A stretch of 61,893 nt of DNA, counting the filler, from Choristocarpus tenellus KU-1152 (taxonomy: Eukaryota; Protista; Phaeophyceae), in assembly GCA_964200185.2 (NCBI GenBank). It is 11 parts of 11 records of this genome, joined end to end, with 100 filler letters (N's around TTAATTAATTAA, not from the genome) between each part and the next. Parts side by side here need not be neighbours in the genome. Positions count along the whole stretch, not along the records: positions 1 to 9,597 come from CAXNAD020003546.1; positions 9,698 to 16,266 come from CAXNAD020007852.1; 9 more parts are not named here. The stretch is one strand, 5' to 3'. A program made the translations under genes and the position numbers. This document shows positions 1 through 13,311 of the stretch, piece by piece. Below the pieces are notes generated by a model. That model ran no database searches. It saw only the letters and a list, made by a program, of their open reading frames with translations, and was not told the origin of the DNA. Numbering within the stretch: the first letter of the stretch is position 1; each line of letters begins with the position of its first letter.

Positions 1-2256
1 CCTCTAACAAGAAAGATGATCACGAGATCAGCTCAACATAGTAACTCTGTTGTGACTAACCTTGCTTTCTAAGCGTGCCAGAATTACAAGATAATAGCAG
101 CCATTAAACCAAAAAATATATACTAAGTACAAGCTTCGCATGTATGTATAGTATGAAACATGTGCTCGTTCTTCTTTGTGAACTTGGTTAGTTTTTTTGG
201 TGGATGCGACCTGTAAGTCCCTATCTTGTACAAACCACATCACCCTTTAATAAATATTTGTAACTAGTGGAAGAAGACATATGTATGTTTGTATAATACA
301 ATATTTAGTGTACCATACATATAAGCATGCCAAAACCGTTACCGGCTACCCCCGGGGGGCCCGTCTATCTTTATACCTTTGGCTTGGTCAAGGTCGCTTC
401 CAAATCGTGGCAGTGCCCTCCACAAGCATTTTTGGTGAAGTGTGCCACAATCTCTCTAGCGCCCAGTTCGAATTGTGGCACCGAAATATTTTTGAACAAA
501 ACCGTATCCCATTCGTAGCGGGGCCCTTAAAAAGTGCCGCAACATTTACAAAAAAAAACATATGGGCACTTTCCGTGCACCATTTTGGGTCAAACTCATC
601 CTCCATAGTATGCTCCATCCTCGATTTTGGGCCTCCTTCAATCTCTGGGTATGTCCTTTGTACGGTATTCAAGTAGTGTGTTTGATCTCTGCACCTCATC
701 ATGCTGCACTCACATATTTGTGTTTTGTTCATGCAACAGCATCCCACTTATCAAGGGAATTACATGCACTCATGACATGGACATGTTGCGATAGTAATGC
801 TCTTTGACTTCAGTGATGATCCTGTCAACTATGGTCCTCCAATGTCTCACTTGTGACAGACACAATAAAGACAGGATCTATTGAGCCCAGTCCCTTATTC
901 AAACCCAGAGTAGAGCCAACCCAATTGGGAGGTACGAAGGTTTGGCCCCTATTGCATTCTAAGCCATTCTTACCCTGGTCAACAGCCTATTTCATTGCAT
1001 TATCTGCACAGTAGTGTACGCAAAAGTGATACCACATTTCAGCAAAAAAGGCTCTTTCTGGAACTGCACAAAATGGCATATTTTTGCTCTTTCTTGGTAT
1101 CCTTACAATGTAATCATGCCAACCATTTAAGATGTATTGTCTTTGGTGTATAGCAAACAATGAATTTAGTGGACAAAAAGACATTTTGAAGAACCAGGAA
1201 AAACCTTACTGCCCCTGAATTATGTAGTATTGAATTTTTTCCGAATAGTAACATAGAATCTAGATTATGTAATTCTATTGCACCAGTTACTGCAACAACA
1301 GACCAGGGTAGGAACAAGATGACAGCAACTGTGTTGTTTATTCGACTTACAGTGCCGAAGAGTGCGCACATGCGTACGACAAAGCACAAGATCGGACCTC
1401 CTTCCAATGTCCCCACAAGCCATTAACCACAGTGGGTAGGAGAAAATTCTATGTAATGGAGATGGCATATTTTAAGAAAGCAGATGAGGACTTTGTGCTC
1501 AAAGGAGAACCAGATGTCTGAAGTAAACTTTTACAACATGATTATGAATTATAAGAGGGTCAGCATACACACACTGGAGGGGGGATGACAAGGAGCGGCA
1601 TAGAAACCACATCAGCTCAATACCTATCTCTCTTCTACTGATGCATCCTTTATTGCCCACCCATTGCTAAGATGAATACATGCTACAAATATCACCAAGC
1701 TACTACTAAACACTACATCAACAACACTCACCTATTCAAATCTTAGTATATTGAACCCACGTATGACCCCATACACTCATTTATAGATCAGGATTGGGTA
1801 GTGATACTGAATGCTGAGTCGCACTTATCAAAATTCTGTTCCCTCTTTGTGAGGAAGATAAGAAACACACAGATGAAATATAATATATTGAATGCTTGCA
1901 GCTTACACACAGCACCAGTCCTGGGGACCAACATAGCACAGTTTAGAGCCCCTTCCCACCCCATGAGTAGCACAAGGGAAGGCATTGATGCAACTTCATA
2001 CACAGAAACCCATGACTCAAGACACACATCTGCAATTTGCACCTGCATTCCACATTCCTCTCTAGACCACTCAAAAAAGTATTTTCTTGAATTCTCAAAG
2101 ACAAATTCCAACTTACTATAGTTGGAGAGGCACCCTCTACAAAAGGCAGTGCAGCTCAAGGACACAGGTATTTCATCACAACAAAAGATCCGAAGGATCC
2201 CTGCTCCGCTGACAGATTCTTTACTGAATGCAGGACAGACTCAGTTCTTTGTAGAT

Positions 2257-5200
2257 TTAGACTTCTGCCGCAAGTGTGTTCACATTGCCGAGGTCCTCAC
2301 ACGCCTGCTTTACACGATCCCTCATGGTCTCCTCCGCCTGGGAGGAAAAAAGAAAAAGAGAAAACACAGTGAGTACAGTACACATGTAAAACAAGACCTA
2401 GAAAACATTTGATAAACCTTTCATTAAATGACACAACTAAACTTTCTTAAGAGCACAAAAAAACTCCCAAAATCGACAAAAAATATTTACTTCACCCATG
2501 ATTACCTTCCGGATCCATACACGAGGGTCATAAAACTTCTTGTTGGGCTTGTCCTCCCCATCAGGGTTGCCAATCTGGCCCTGTAGGTAGCCCTCCTTGG
2601 CCTGCATGCATCCCAAAACAGCAAGCAATCAACAGGTTATGCAAGATGTCACCACAAGCACCAGTGAAAACTTTGCCCATAAAATGTGAAGGGTTACTAT
2701 CAAATCAAGTATTCCACTCCCTTTTAGACAACTACGTACAGCAGCTCGAGTATCCTAACTAAAATGTAACTGAAATGTTTTCATTCCTTGCCTGGTAAAA
2801 GTTCTTGATGCCCTCCCAGTAAGTCCACTGTGTGTCCGTGTCAACGTTCATCTTCACCACACCAGCCTGACAAGTTATGAAGATGCAGTTGTGAGGTGAG
2901 GGTAAAATTGTGCAATGTGAGCCAGGCCAAGGAGTCACCTATACAACTACCACATTTACCTTAGATGAATCATACACTTTCCCATACTTGTTCCATGCCT
3001 GTCATCAACCATGAAATTACTAGGTACCCGTTATAGTTCATGAGCAGTTCCTGAACACACACCCACTTACCTTAGCATCTTGCAGAAAACACCCATCGCA
3101 AACCACTCTCTGGTGTACCAAAAAATATATGCCCCAAGTAAGATGTTATCAAAATTTTGATCACACTCCAGATACAGAACACAAAAAAGGTCACTAAGCC
3201 CAGCACGCAACAGTTTTGTCACACCCTGAACGACTTACATCATAACTAACTTCAAAGCAAGGATCATAAAATAGGTTTCGTTACCCAATCCAAACATCAC
3301 ACCAGACTCACAGTCTACACTTTCCACGTGTAGTTCAGGGCTTCACCTTGACAGCAGTTGCAATGTCCTCCTTGGATGACCCAGACCCTCCATGGAACAC
3401 GAACACACACGGCTGTGGATCACCATCACCACCAAGCTTGTCCTTGACAAAGCTCTGCCAGCACAGAAAAAGGGTTTGTCACAAATCCACTGCGACACAA
3501 AACCAAAACTCAAAAAACATTTCAAGTACAGAAGTTTGTGCAACTGCTAAGAACAGCAGGCACACTAGCCCGTAAAAACTATCCATCTCAGTGTTACACA
3601 ACCTTGAAGCAGAGCAAAACCTATCCACCTGCTGCCAAGTTTCAACCAGTATAAAAGGATCACTTTCTGTATGGTTGCAATACATGTCATCCTGTATGAT
3701 CCCCTTCATTGCCACTCCTGTGTATACTGCAGTCATTGCATTCATTGCATTTTACATTTGCACAGGACAGGCTAGGACTAATGCCAGACCAAGGTTCAAT
3801 AATACAGTCCACTATTTCACCCCACAGTGGAATCACTTGATGGCAATGCTAAGACCTTGCCTGGTGCGTGTTGAGGATGTCTGGGTTGAGCTTTACATTT
3901 CCTGGCTTGTACACACCGTGCACATTGCCGAAGGCAGCAGCAATGCTAAAGTTGGGCGTGACTGCACTCAGAGCCTCGTGCACAGCCCAAATCTATTCAA
4001 TCCATTTGCAAAAAAAAATGACGGGTGCATTGGACGTAGATCCCAAAACCCACACAGAGGTCATACAAGGGGCAATAGAAATTGGCCAAGAGTTGAGTGT
4101 ATTTTGCTTGGAAGGGTCTTAGTTTTCCATCTCGCAAACAGGCTGGACTATGATGGTAAAAAAAGTTACACAGACTATGCTCTGAATAGATCAATCAGGG
4201 CAACATTTTCTTGATGTATGCTTCTTACAACAACCCATCCGAAGAGGATAAAAAAATCATTCTCAAAATTAAGTGCATTCAACAACCACTCTATTTTTTA
4301 ATGGTAACTATGCTAAGCTCAAAAGTCAATAATTGAGGATCTCTTAACAGAACATCGCCTATCCTACCCAAAAAAACTCAGTAAAACTGATACCTTGCAA
4401 AATACGGCACAATATCATTAGCCCTGTACTCACAAACCCGTTGGGGTCGTTCAATTTCGTTTTATAAAACCTCTTGCACTAGGAGAGACCTAATCCTACA
4501 TTTTTACCTGCTCAGGTTGGGTGTAGAGCTTGCTCTGGTCTAAACCGGTGTTGTCCACACCATCCTCCTCACCACCAGTGACACCAATCTCCATCTCCAG
4601 CCAGATCTGCCAGCACCCAATAGGGAAAAGAGGGGTGGATAGGCAAGGTTAAGTATAGTGACAGGAGAGCCACAAGTTCATGCTTACATAAAAAAACAGT
4701 TCTCCAGTTGAGAAAGGTATGCACACCGATTGCATTGGTAGGAGAAGTAAATTCATGACATTTGATATAGAGCAAATGTTCGTGTAATCGTACCTTCACT
4801 TTAGCCATGCGCTCAAGATAAGACTTGCAGGTGGAAATGTTTTCCTCATCAGTCTCCTCAGAAAGGTCAAGCATGTGAGATGAGAAAAGAGGCTCACCAT
4901 TCTTGGCAAAGTACTCCTGCTCAGTAAAGCAAAGATGGGAGGGAATTTTTCTTGAAGTATCAGGTCTTTCAATCTTTACATAGTGGACAGGGATGAGCTA
5001 GATAGGGATATTGGGAAAAAGATGGGACTCTTGCCTCATTAGCGGCGAGCATCCCATCGAACCAAGGCAAAAGCTTCTTGGCACAGTGGTCCGAGTGAAG
5101 TATGACAGGGATGCCGTAGAACTTGGCCATCTGGCGAACGTGAAGGGCAGCGGCAACAGCCCCAGCGATGGAGGCCTGTTGATTAGGATCCTTGTTGTTG

Positions 5201-5912
5201 ATGCTCTTGCCTGCAAAGAAAGCAGCACCCCCGTTAGACACCTGTTGCATGTGTAGGATAGAACAGATTCAATGAAAGGCACGAGTAAGGAAAAATTTCG
5301 AGCTTCAGAAGTATTTACCAACATTTATTCTTTACATGTATCGCGACTCCCAATCTTGAAATCGGATGTTGGTTAAGCATTAGGACAGACGCGGCTTTCG
5401 ACCTACTTCCTGCTTGATCTTCTACAGTTAGCAGATCACATGTCCTGTCGTCGAGGCAAGGAATGTTGCTTTTGGGATATTCGTCCATGGTCCCTCGAGT
5501 TGACCTTTGAATCTAGCTCCTAGAAAATCAGAAACATAGCTGGTGAAGCCTTTAAGCATTGAGCTACTGTCCACCATAAACGAATGTTAGGGTTAGGGTT
5601 AAGTGTAACTATGGCACATCTGTGAACCTTCAGCGCTGGAAGCTCTGATCCCCAGATCGTGGCATTACAACCTTCACCAGAAACTGCAAGCCTAAACTCT
5701 ATCGCCCCAAGAAGATGGAGAAACACACCCACCTGGATGATGATAGGTGAGTTGATGGAAGCCGCTGCCTCCATGACACTGTTGGCAGTGGAGGAAGAGG
5801 TAACGTTGACCGCGGGGATGGCAAAACCCAGCTTCTTAGCTGCGGCGAACAGCTCCATTACCTTGTCGCCAGTGATGACCCCAGTACCCAGTTGTTCTGC
5901 GAGAGAAGGCAT
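2257..5912 (-). CDS. FBA: Fructose-bisphosphate aldolase class II (type A), 366 aa, probably cytosolic; 9 exons
   Basis: Exons 5912-5733, 5241-5035, 4916-4794, 4606-4508, 3992-3861, 3454-3347, 2866-2792, 2601-2506 and 2337-2257 join in frame to a TAA stop. Class II motifs are present: FAIPAVNV, ILHSDHC, FSSHMLDLS, LEMEIGVTGGEEDG, FGNVHGVYKPGNV, FVFHGGSGS, GVVKMNVDTDTQ and PNKKFYDPRVWIRK. There is no targeting presequence, and an in-frame TAA lies just upstream of the ATG. Confidence 0.97.
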
Positions 5913-6962
5913 GGTTTATGACTGCAGCAGCAATCCCCACATACAAAACAAGATGGAAGCGAGGAAAGATGTCGAAGATTAGCTTCCTATTAGCACCTGG
6001 TCGGCTAATTCTGGTGTATTGAACGGATGTTCCATGTTACATACAAATCAATCGAATTCTCAACGAACGCCTGAAAGCGTTATGCAGCTCAGAAGTCCTA
6101 CCCCGCTCACTGTAGTACCTCACCTAGGGTGTTGGTGAGGGTTCTAGTTCTTCACGCGAAAGCACAGGTTAAGAGGTGTGTTGTGAGATGGAGAGAGTGG
6201 GTGGTTTGTCAGTCTATTCATCTTTGTGCCCACACCTCACATTGTGTGAAAAAACAAAAAAAGAAATATCTCACTGTCTCTTATCTTTCCAACTTTGAAT
6301 TTAGTTCCTCTATGTCTGGGCCTAGACCTTGTCCCATTGAAGCTAGAGGCTGGCTCTTTTCGAGCTTTTTTATCCTACCATTGCACCAAGTACGGGCAAG
6401 AACTTTCCTAGTTCCCAGGTGTCGATCGACAGGTCATACAAGAAGATACGAGGTAGGCTCTTTGTTGTGCGTGGCGGGATGTCCAGATCCAATAGTGAAA
6501 AGAAGACGCTGAGCGTGCAGGTGCTTGGGGTTACAAACCCCAAGACTGGCGAGCAACGAAGGTGTGCAAGAAGATTCTGAGTTTATGAGTGTGAGTATAT
6601 TTGGGTTCAAATCCGAGGCAAATCTACAGCAGGCTTCATTATTGCAAACACAAACCTCAATAAACTTTCACAGGTCACAGGATGTGTAGTCTGAACAGGC
6701 AGGATTCAGGATTCCTCTTTCGTTGCTATGCACCCACCGTATTGAAGTGCCTGAACCTGCTTGTTGTAGTCTGTCACCCTGTTGTATCTTCTCCTAGTCC
6801 ATTTTATCAGCAATATTCCATTAACTATTTTTGTTCCATTAGACCGTATGTGCATTGTCGACAATGCAGTGTCAATGAGGAATGACAGTTTGCAAACATT
6901 CAGCAAGGCCGGTATTGCATCAAAATGTTTGACTATGGTTAAGTCTGTTTGACTTATGGCAG

Positions 6963-8828
6963 TATCTTCCACTTTGCCTCACGGAAAAGATTGGAGCACA
7001 GGACAGTCCAGGCTGTGGAGACTCTCGTCCAGAGGAAGCTAAGAGGACAGACACTGGCGGAAGCCATCAGGGATGGTTTGAATCGCCTGGTACGGGCTGG
7101 TAGACATTGCATTCCTTCCCCAATCCATTTAGTTTGTTCGATAATAAAATGTCTAATGGCAGCCACCGAGTCATCCTGTGGTGGAAGATCAGTCACAAAA
7201 TATCCACACAACTTTAGTTCCCAAAGTGTCTTGTGCTAGAATTCACCCCAATCCATCGTGCTGTTATCACCCTTGGGCGTGAGACTCCCGCTACTGGTCT
7301 CTTTGCTCCGCTTACTAAATTAACCGTATTTGCCTGCAGAATGGCAAGGACTGGCACTGCTTGGTTGGCAAAGACTTCAGTGTCAACGTGCGATATGTGA
7401 GAGAACTGCAATGATCTGTTTGTTGGTGTCTTTATATGTGCTGATATGTGGCTTCTGGTCATTGAGGGTGTAAGTAACCCCTACTGCAGGGAAAGTGCCG
7501 AGTGAATGGCTTACTTTGAACATATATGTACTCGGGACACTAACTGGATGTAACCGATATGGCACTGTTTTATGGGATGCCCTTCGAGTGGTTTGAAGGT
7601 AATCACTGAGTGTTATCTGCTGAACATTAATGCACAAATAATAAAACAAACAAGCATACACAAGATATTGTTGTCTATCATATTCGCGTGCGTGTATTTG
7701 AATGTGTACTACACCTCTGATGTCCAAACACGCACGTACGTGTTCATTAACCAAAGCAACACCTCATTATTGCCATGATAAATGTTTTGCCACTGTACAA
7801 AGTGGCGTGGTAGGTTCTTCCTGTTTGAGGGACAAGGCATTAAGGTCATGGTCTTCCAGTCTGCACCCCCAGCTCCCCAGACCCAAAGCAGGGCAAAGGC
7901 CAAAGGGACAGCAATACCTGCTCCGCCCTTGGCAACAGTGGTATCTGAGGAAAAGAGAAGACATCGCATGAGGTTTGTCAAGACCATAAACTGTGATGCA
8001 AGAGCATCTCATTTTGGGGATTATATGACATGTCACTACTGTACCACTTCAGTGTTCTCTCCTTAACTGGTTGCTGGATTGGTTGGGGAAAGGGTTCTCA
8101 ATGGGAATGTGTGTCAGGACGTTGGGGGAAATTTTGGCTACTTTAAGGCAACACAATCTGGAACAAAATGGTTGCTATTAAGGCTGTTCATAACGTAACC
8201 CTGTGGAGCTTGCTACACCAAGAGGTTGGTCTGGGACATGTTCCTTGCTGTTGCTGACTGCAGAGTTGCTTCCGTGCTCAGAGAATGCTCAATGTGATTC
8301 GTCTTCTCCTGTCCTACTATTGTACACACCATAGTCACCACACCCAGTGGGCCTTATCCCTAGTGTTTTGGATCCAGGATGTGCCTCATTAGGTTTGTTT
8401 GTGGCACTACTACATTTTTGTACTTCTGATAAGTATGTGTACGTCACACAAGTTCTGATGCTCTGTGCCTGATTTTTCTTTTTGCTTAGGGTTGACTTGG
8501 CTCTAAACTAGGTCAAGGCTAGCACCAGACTGGCACCAAACGCTATGTTGTGATTTCCCTAAGTATACAGGAAGATTTTCCTCGCAACACGCACACACAG
8601 CTGTGTCCTTGCAACCCTCTCCTCTATCCTCTTCCTGTCTCCATGGACGTGTGATGTCCTTGTAACTGTCCCTGCTGACGGCCCAATGGCTGGTCACACA
8701 ACAGTGTTGTGGTGATGAGGTCTGCCATGGATGGACCAATGGAACAGAGGGTGTTGGAGCTAGTGAGTGAGGCCAGTCAGTCTGTCAAGCGGACGGGTGA
8801 CCTCGCACAAACTGCCACTGCGTTGAAG
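6963..8828 (+). CDS. Protein with tandem dynein light chain type 1 (LC8-like) domains, partial
   Basis: Exons ~6963-7089, 7340-7396, 7803-7972 and 8705-8828 splice in frame to ...LAEAIRDGLNRL-NGKDWHCLVGKDFSVNVRY-WRGRFFLFEGQGIKVMVFQS, which aligns with LC8 [35 protein letters not shown]. A linker follows, then a second LC8-like start VVVMRSAMDGPMEQRVLELVSEA...TATALK. The 5' and 3' ends are unresolved. Confidence 0.75.
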
Positions 8829-9597
8829 GTGAGTTGTGGATCATTATTAATAATTGGCATTACATTTGGTGAAGGTTGTGCAGTAAGAGTGCGGCAAAAT
8901 TTTGTAGTGGTACAAAGGTGTTTCTGCTTGGTGTTTGTTTGTGGTAAGGTCTGTTTTTTTTATGTATTCTAACAGTGAACCACAAAATTTGTGTGGAACG
9001 TTTGGTGGGAGGTGCATCTTGTGTATGTTTTGCTGGTGGTACTTGATCGAATTCTTTGTATCATGTGGCCAAGGGTTAGTGCGACTTTTTTCCTCCCTGA
9101 CTCCTCTCCTTTGGGGAGGTTTCTGAATTCGTGTGAATTTGTGCATGTTTCTCCATTTTTAGGAAGGCGTGCATCTGTTCATAATGGAGCAGGACTAGGG
9201 CTGAGGTTAGAGTCACTTGCACATAGCCTAGGGTTTTGTGTTTCTTGCTGTAGAGACGGTGCTGCTTTTTCGTAGGTATTTGTCTGGTGCGCATTGGAGG
9301 CGCATGTCACATTTCTGCTGAGAACAAGTTCCTTGAATGTAAAACTTGAGCCCCGTTACTTACACAATAGCCCCTCTGTCCTGTTCTGCAAAGAATGTGT
9401 CTATGGTGTAGTACCTTCTTTTTTCACTAAATTGTGATGCAGGTGACCTTGGACGTGTACCTTTTTTTTGCCTTTTTTTTCATGCACGACTGAAGCTGTC
9501 GCTGTTTCAAAATGTTGTGTAAGATTGTGTACCCAAGTGTGTGAAAGAGGAGACGAGCAGCTTTTGTTGATGTGAACGACCGCCTACGCTATTATCT

Positions 9598-9697
9598 NNN
9601 NNNNNNNNNNNNNNNNNNNNNNNNNNNNNNNNNNNNNNNNNTTAATTAATTAANNNNNNNNNNNNNNNNNNNNNNNNNNNNNNNNNNNNNNNNNNNN
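9598..9697. other. Artificial contig linker (N44-TTAATTAATTAA-N44); also at 16267-16366, 23871-23970, 26719-26818, 33751-33850, 38739-38838, 42334-42433, 45569-45668, 54399-54498 and 58804-58903
   Basis: Ten identical 100-nt spacers with stops in all six frames. Genes and repeats are truncated at them. Confidence 0.98.
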
Positions 9698-9740
9698 CCC
9701 CAAATGGACAGCCACCACCCCCTCCCAGATACTTTGAGCC
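9698..9740. mobile_element. MITE family A, terminal fragment cut by the contig start
   Basis: CAAATGGACAGCCACCACCCCCTCCCAGATACTTTGAGCC matches the end of the complete copies. Confidence 0.8.
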
Positions 9741-12700
9741 TCGAAAAAAGGGCACCAATACGGATAACTTGATCGGTACAACTGAATCCAGTCGCAAAAC
9801 ATGCAAGATGTGCTCCACATCTGTGTATGGAGAGAGCTCCAAAAGCATGTGCCACCAGAAAATCTTAGGGACCCTTTAAGCTCAGGGGCACCCCCCCCTC
9901 TCGATTTCTTTGGATCGCAATGCTATTGTCCAATCCACCAACGGTGGTCTGTGCCCTGATCTCGCATCTGAGCGTAGCTGTAAGACTTTCCCTTCCATTT
10001 TACTCCCACATTCCCTCCCCAAAGAATATTGATGCCGCTGTGTAGTGATCTACGAATAGATCTCGCCAGTATATACCCTGCCCCACCTTGATCCTGCAAT
10101 GCTGTGCTTCACCAAATGACGTTACCGATTATGAAGTCTGTGTCTCACTACGATATCGTTTCCATAATATCTTGCATCCAGTGAGAAGAAGGCGTTGTTT
10201 TGTCGTTTCGTTGGAAGTTGGCGATCATGCCTCACCAAATAGATCACTGATGGAGTCCCCCTAGTATTTTGACCAAACCAGAATGAGCTACTACTTAGTA
10301 CCTTCCATGACTGCAGGATGAGGATGGTGTTACAGTAGGCTCACACACAAATGACGTGAATGGTTTGATTGGAACTGTATGATTATACTGGCGAAGGAAC
10401 TACAGGGCAGACTTTCCCTCTTATACAGTTTTGTGTCCACCACCCTATTTACATTTAACGTGTGCCTGCCATGTGACAGTACCGACTAAGTTTAGAATGA
10501 AAAAGGAATAAAGGCCAAACACAGGCTGTGTGTGTGCCTGGACAACATGGGGTGCGGGGCTGTGCAAGAAGAGGGAAAGTGTGCCAAGAAGGGTGTGTGT
10601 TCCAGGGGTGGGGACTGTGAGATTGGCAAGTACATGACTTGGACGTACCTGGTTGGTCTCGTCTGATTAGCAACTACTACTGTTGTGCATGACTTACCAA
10701 ATAAATGTAGAGCCAAACCAATAGAGAGGTAGATAGTTTTGTACCTTTTTTTCACTCTAAGCCATCTTTCTTCCCCTGCGCAATAAACCTTATTTCATTG
10801 CCTTATATACATAGTAGTGTAAGTAAAATTGATATCCCCCCTTTCAACACACAGAGCGATACCACAATTAAGCAAAGGCTCATTCTGCAATTGTACCAAA
10901 CGGTGTTTTTTGTCCTTATCGGCATCCTTAAAATGCAACCCTGCCTACTTCACAATTGGCTTAGTTTTGTACCAACTTGTATGTCTACTAGGAGTGAGGT
11001 TTGTGGAGAACTTGTACGTAAATAGCCGATATATACAGATCCTTTTTAGTCTAAACATACTAATATTCATACTAGATACCCTGGAGTACAATTAAAACAA
11101 ATACACTCCAGTGTATATAGTAATGAAAGCGTCAAAGACCATGCAAGATCCAGTGAGTCAACGTATGAATGGTCTGTGTTAACCATGCACTTAATCAAGC
11201 GATATTTATTCTATGTTTTGGGACATGACTGACTACAGGAAGAAGGAAAGGGAGTGGTTGATACCTGACGATAAATTTCACCTATGCTATCATTTCCAGA
11301 ATTCATTATTTTCTAGAGATAGCTACTACTACTAATTCATCTTTCTTTACGATTCCCTTTCCCCTGGACAAACTCCCAACTCGGTGCTTTCCTGCTTAGT
11401 TGTATGCGGAAAAGGTGATGCTCTCTCTGATGTATGCTATATTTGGAACACCATTACCTATCAAGGTTACACCATTTTGAGTATGTATGTATGGTGGAGG
11501 TAGGTACTGAATGCTGTATGATTGCTTGTGGACTATATATTTTTCTTCTCAAATATTATTATAGAAAACAACGATATATACTTTTACTTCAGTAATACTC
11601 GTAACTACTCTGCCCCAAACAGTTTTCAGAAGGTAGCGGATAGGGAGTTCGTGGAAAGTTAAATTTCACATAGAAATATCATTCAATTCTCTCGGTCAGT
11701 TTATTATATCTGCACTCTAATCTGGGAACTATATCCTGACCCGTGGTCAGAGGCATTACACATACGCTACTTCTAGAGCAACTATCAACCACTGATGAAC
11801 TCCTACAATATGACTATAATTATGCTGCCTCTGTTCGCGCCTTGCTCTGGCACATGGGGTTTAGCCGTCCCACCACTCATCTCTCCTTCTTCCTCAAATG
11901 TTATCCAAGACTCAGCTTGGTGTCACTCAACAATAAAGCCTTATCTTGTTCTTGGCTTGAAGTTTTATGGTATATCAACAAATAGGATTGCACAGCAGGG
12001 TTTAAATTGGGGGTCTTTCTTCAGGTAGGTCACCGATTATTTTGAACATTTCCTGCTTTCTGCGTTATTGGAAATTGCCAGTTGACGAAGGCACACATGA
12101 CATCGTCACACTCAGCAAGTCCATGCCATCGAAGGAATGGAAGGTCCCGCATGAGTAGCTTGACTCTACATGGGAGTCGATATATGAGGAGTGGCTGAGT
12201 CCACCAGTCTTCAAAGGGATCAGTCTTGATGTGAGGGTCTTCAGGGGAAGCCTCAACCTACTCTTGAGGAGGTCCGAGAAACTGGATGATGCACCATCAC
12301 CCCATTTACAATTGGGGCTATGGAAGGTTTTGGCGATCTGGAGGAACTGTTGCTGGAGATAAGACCTAGTGTGGATTATGCGAGGGAGGGAAAATCTGAG
12401 GAAATGAAACAACACGAGGATGCTCAGACACAGGCCAACGTAAGAACTTTGCAGAGGAATTTTTCACCTTAATGTCGGCCAAATCTTGGCAAAAGAATCC
12501 CGAACAAAAGGCACGTAGGGGAGGAGTAAAGAGAATAGAATAGGGAAGGCAAACATGTCTAATGACAGAATGGGGTACTGCAGGAGGCAATACTGTGGTT
12601 CGGTGACTGGAATAGCCACCCAGGAGATGAAAGAAGAGGGGGAAATCCGACAGTTAGTAGCAACTGTTCTCGAGGAGCACCAGGAGGAAAGGAAGAGCAT

Positions 12701-12778
12701 GGAGATGTGCCTGGGTAAGTCTGTGGGGACTATATACACGAGGGAAAGAGGATAAGAAGAAGGAGAACATCCACCACT

Positions 12779-13036
12779 GAGAGAAAGTATCTTAGAGGGT
12801 AAGAGTTTTGCCTTGTTTGTCCGTTTGGGGCTTGGATTCCCACGGGGTTATGATGACATTTTCCTGCTCCGAAATGTTTCGGAGTAGGTAAAGTGTATAT
12901 GTTATGAAAAGATGTGTCCAGAACATGGATATTGACACTTCCTAACAAACACGATGGACAAAATTACATCAAAATCACAACATTCGATTTTGATCCCCGA
13001 ATGGACGCGGCTCTACCCTCCAAGATACTTTGACTC
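12779..13036 (-). mobile_element. MITE family B (~255 bp), complete copy
   Basis: TIRs GAGAGAAAGTATCTTAGAGGGTA ... TACCCTCCAAGATACTTTGACTC, flanked by a CACT direct repeat. It is homologous in inverted orientation to the copies at 19239, 47221 and 55648. Confidence 0.9.
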
Positions 13037-13311
13037 CACTGAGGAACCAAAGTACTTGAGCAGCACCACTACCAGTAGGAAAAAGTCACAACAGAGGGGA
13101 GCTGTGTACTCTGTGCAAGACGTCGTGTATCTGGGTAAACGCAAGAATGGGAGTTGTGCTTGGTGGAAAAGAGGAGGAGGAGAGCAACTGCTACTAAGAG
13201 GCAGACCACAGAGCTCGAGCAGCACCAGATCAGGAGGAAGGCACATTCAAGGGAGGGCTGTGCGTTCTGTGTTACGGGGTTGTGCTTGCGTAAACCCATG
13301 ATGAGGGCTGT

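Noticed and set aside
1310-1440. Possible LTR fragment or structured RNA
   Set aside because: There is no second copy, no TG..CA ends and no recognisable tRNA/snoRNA fold.
3591-4214. 207-aa + strand ORF (and 5659-5982, 5011-5256)
   Set aside because: These are antisense shadows of FBA exons with no independent motif.
9642-9653. Recurrent TTAATTAATTAA palindrome as a biological motif
   Set aside because: It is always centred in identical N-blocks, so it is an assembly linker.
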